Source: Oculina patagonica
Taxonomy: Eukaryota
Reading direction: 5' to 3'
Assembly: GCF_052425735.1 (NCBI RefSeq)
Contig: NC_135769.1
Span: forward strand, 2,046,001 to 2,110,000
Length of the DNA: 64,000 nt
In this document: positions 61,581-64,000 of the stretch, in pieces
Layout of the letters: every line of letters starts with the position of its first letter
Position numbering within the stretch: the stretch's first letter is position 1
Notes under the pieces: generated by a model
What the model was told of the DNA's origin: nothing
Database searches by the model: none
Seen by the model: only the letters and a program-made list of their open reading frames with translations
Made by a program: the position numbers and the translations under genes

Positions 61581-64000
61581 CATTACACTGTAGAGGTACT
61601 GTAGGTCATCAGTAATGGGTCAAAACTTATGCGTCTCACTCACAGGGGATCAACTGAGCTCGCTAATAAACTGGCTTTTGTCTGGTGGTTCTAATTTCTC
61701 CATGCACTCTTTTAGGAAGGAGCGCAAGCCTTTAGCGGTGACGTCACCAAATGACACACTGCCTAAATCAGGTTTGCGCTTCTTATAAACCAAATCAAAC
61801 AAAAAAACCGATAAATCAAGTCTATAATATCAAGTATTGACGAAACACTTGTGTATTTTTGTATTACTGCTCCGCTAATAAAAAAATTAATGGAGCAGTG
61901 TCAGGATATTATAAGTCATCTCTCAGATTACTTTCAAATTGAAGTCAACCTCAAAATAATGGTTTTCTAACGTAGAAAAACAACAAAGGAGTAATAAAAA
62001 CCCAAAAATAAACAAGGATGATTTCGACTGACGAAGATTTAGAAGGATTACGAATGACAAACTTGAAAAACTTGCCAATTTTTTCAAGATGCGTGTTCCG
62101 TGATGACACTGACCTAAAGTCACTATTTGTAACAATACAAAGCAGACTAACAATGTTGTGACTGGCGTGACTAAAACTTTTCAACAATTTATTTTGGTAT
62201 TAACCTTGAGGCTTATTTAGGCTGCTACACAAGACAAGTATTATGATGTCAGTGAGAAGTTTTCTAGAACCATCCATTTAGCGATTTTTAAATAACTTTG
62301 GGTTGTTGGGATTCCTTTGCATTTTTGGTAAAGCAAACTAAATATATAAGTCCACTGTTTCCATAAATAAATTAAACTGTTCCCTGAGGTTTTCACGTTA
62401 AAATTCCCGTAAATAGTACTTAAAGATAATTCTTGTTCCCCAAAAATAACACTAAAATTTTCTGCCCTGTTCCCATGAAATAAATGCCGACGGACCATGC
62501 ATATATCCCCTTAAACCTGGGAGGCCCTTAAATAGGAACATACAGCCGTCAACACACAAAAGGCCTCGGAAAGAGTTTTGCACATACTTTTAGGGCCTTT
62601 TGTTAACTTAACGTCAGTTGTTACCTCGATCGCACAACTATCCAAGGAGGGTTTTAACTCTGGTTATTCAATTTGAACTTTCGCAACACACACCGAAACA
62701 TAAACAGTTTACTCTACTCGAGCGTCAGTAAAAACAACAATGTTGTTTTGGTAAAACGCTGGTCAGTAAGCAAATGGATGTTTTACTGTTCGAATTTGCA
62801 CGTAAATTACCGATCCCTGTGCTAAAAACTCCCCCTCATGTTCTTAACAGTTTTGCCGTTACAGGTTTTTTGTTCGAAACAACCACAGAAAACTGAAACA
62901 CTCTTTGGAAATAAAAACAGAAAAGATAAATTAAGACGAGAAGGGCATCCATTGTTAGGGTGTCAACCTACTGGGAAAGGTTCGATTTACACAATCTTCA
63001 AAATTTTTCTTTTTATCCTCAGAAACGAGCAAATCTTTACCCGTGTGACCAACTACACGAAGGGAACGACCTTAAAATAGTACTAGAGTGTGGCCTACCT
63101 TTGATTGTGCAAAACAAACCTCAAACAGACACCAAATTTGTTCCCAAACTATAACTCCGTCCGCTCACAAAGTTGACCCAAAGTGTTGTGTACTCCGAGA
63201 AAAATTTTGGAGTTGATCCGTCAAAATTACAATTTGCTATGCTTGATAAAATTAGTTGATGATGCGCATCGGAGAACTGAATCACTGATCAACTACACTG
63301 CGCTATATTTTGATTGATTTCGCTAATTTCTCCTTACTTGTTCATAATTAACTTAATCGTGTAAGTCATCTTTAATATCACGAATGCCACAGGCATCACA
63401 TACGTTTGACTAGCAGCTAAATACTTCTGCCAATCAAAAATTTTGTCTGTCTCTCAAATTTTCCAGAAATTTAAAGCACAAGATTTTTTTTATTAACCAA
63501 ATTCCTTTTGCAATAAAATGCTTTAGCATAGCCCCTTTATTTTACTTTGTTGGCTTCAATTACGTGCTGAAATGAACAACATAAGGGCTTTCAATATCGA
63601 TTCAATAGGGTTCTGTAAGTTTATATTTTGGTTGCATCTCAGCATGCTTAGAATTCTTGGACAAATAAGGAAATTTAATTGCACTGACTGACAAATTCTC
63701 TCAAGGCCACTTTTAACGGTCATTTATGGTCGAAGAAGCCGATTGAAAATGGGGATATTTGCTTAGATGGTAACGGTATTTTATAGGTGCCGATCGCATC
63801 TTTTCCGCAAAAATGTGCCCACTCAAGGAAAGGAAAACACAAAAATATGCAAACGATGGATGCGAAAATTCTAGACAAACTCAAGGGTCTCGAGATTGAC
63901 CTCGTCAAAAGTGTAACTGTATACGTAGAATTGAAAAGACCAACATATGTTGAAGAATGAACTGATCGAAAACATCTTGAAATGAGTAATTGATAAAATA

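Overview
Eukaryotic, intron-rich, AT-rich animal DNA. The SINE/MITE/Penelope repeat landscape suggests a cnidarian, probably a stony coral (inference). Bases 1-45.5 kb hold a tandem cluster of five choline-dehydrogenase-like GMC flavoprotein genes, here labelled A(-), B(+), C(-), D(+) and E(+). They share one 7-coding-exon architecture with N-terminal mitochondrial-type presequences, and are arranged as two head-to-head pairs plus a younger duplicate of D. The paralogues differ at the residues known to bind choline in Arthrobacter choline oxidase: A and C keep the Glu312 equivalent, B has Asp, and D/E have Gln plus a His351-to-Gln change and two new acidic residues. This points to substrate diversification. 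Exons show patchwork gene conversion. Gene B uses a GC-AG intron. Exon 5 of gene E is interrupted by a 936-bp TIR element that carries in-phase splice sites. Bases 48.6-61.3 kb hold three small CRIP-type single-LIM genes, and a 3.8-kb element with ~820-bp inverted repeats and a 6-bp TSD sits about 60 bp upstream of the start codon of one of them. The rest is many MITEs, SINEs and LINE/Penelope fragments and one 149-N gap. All exon boundaries were read by eye from splice consensus, phase and paralogue comparison, with no transcript evidence.
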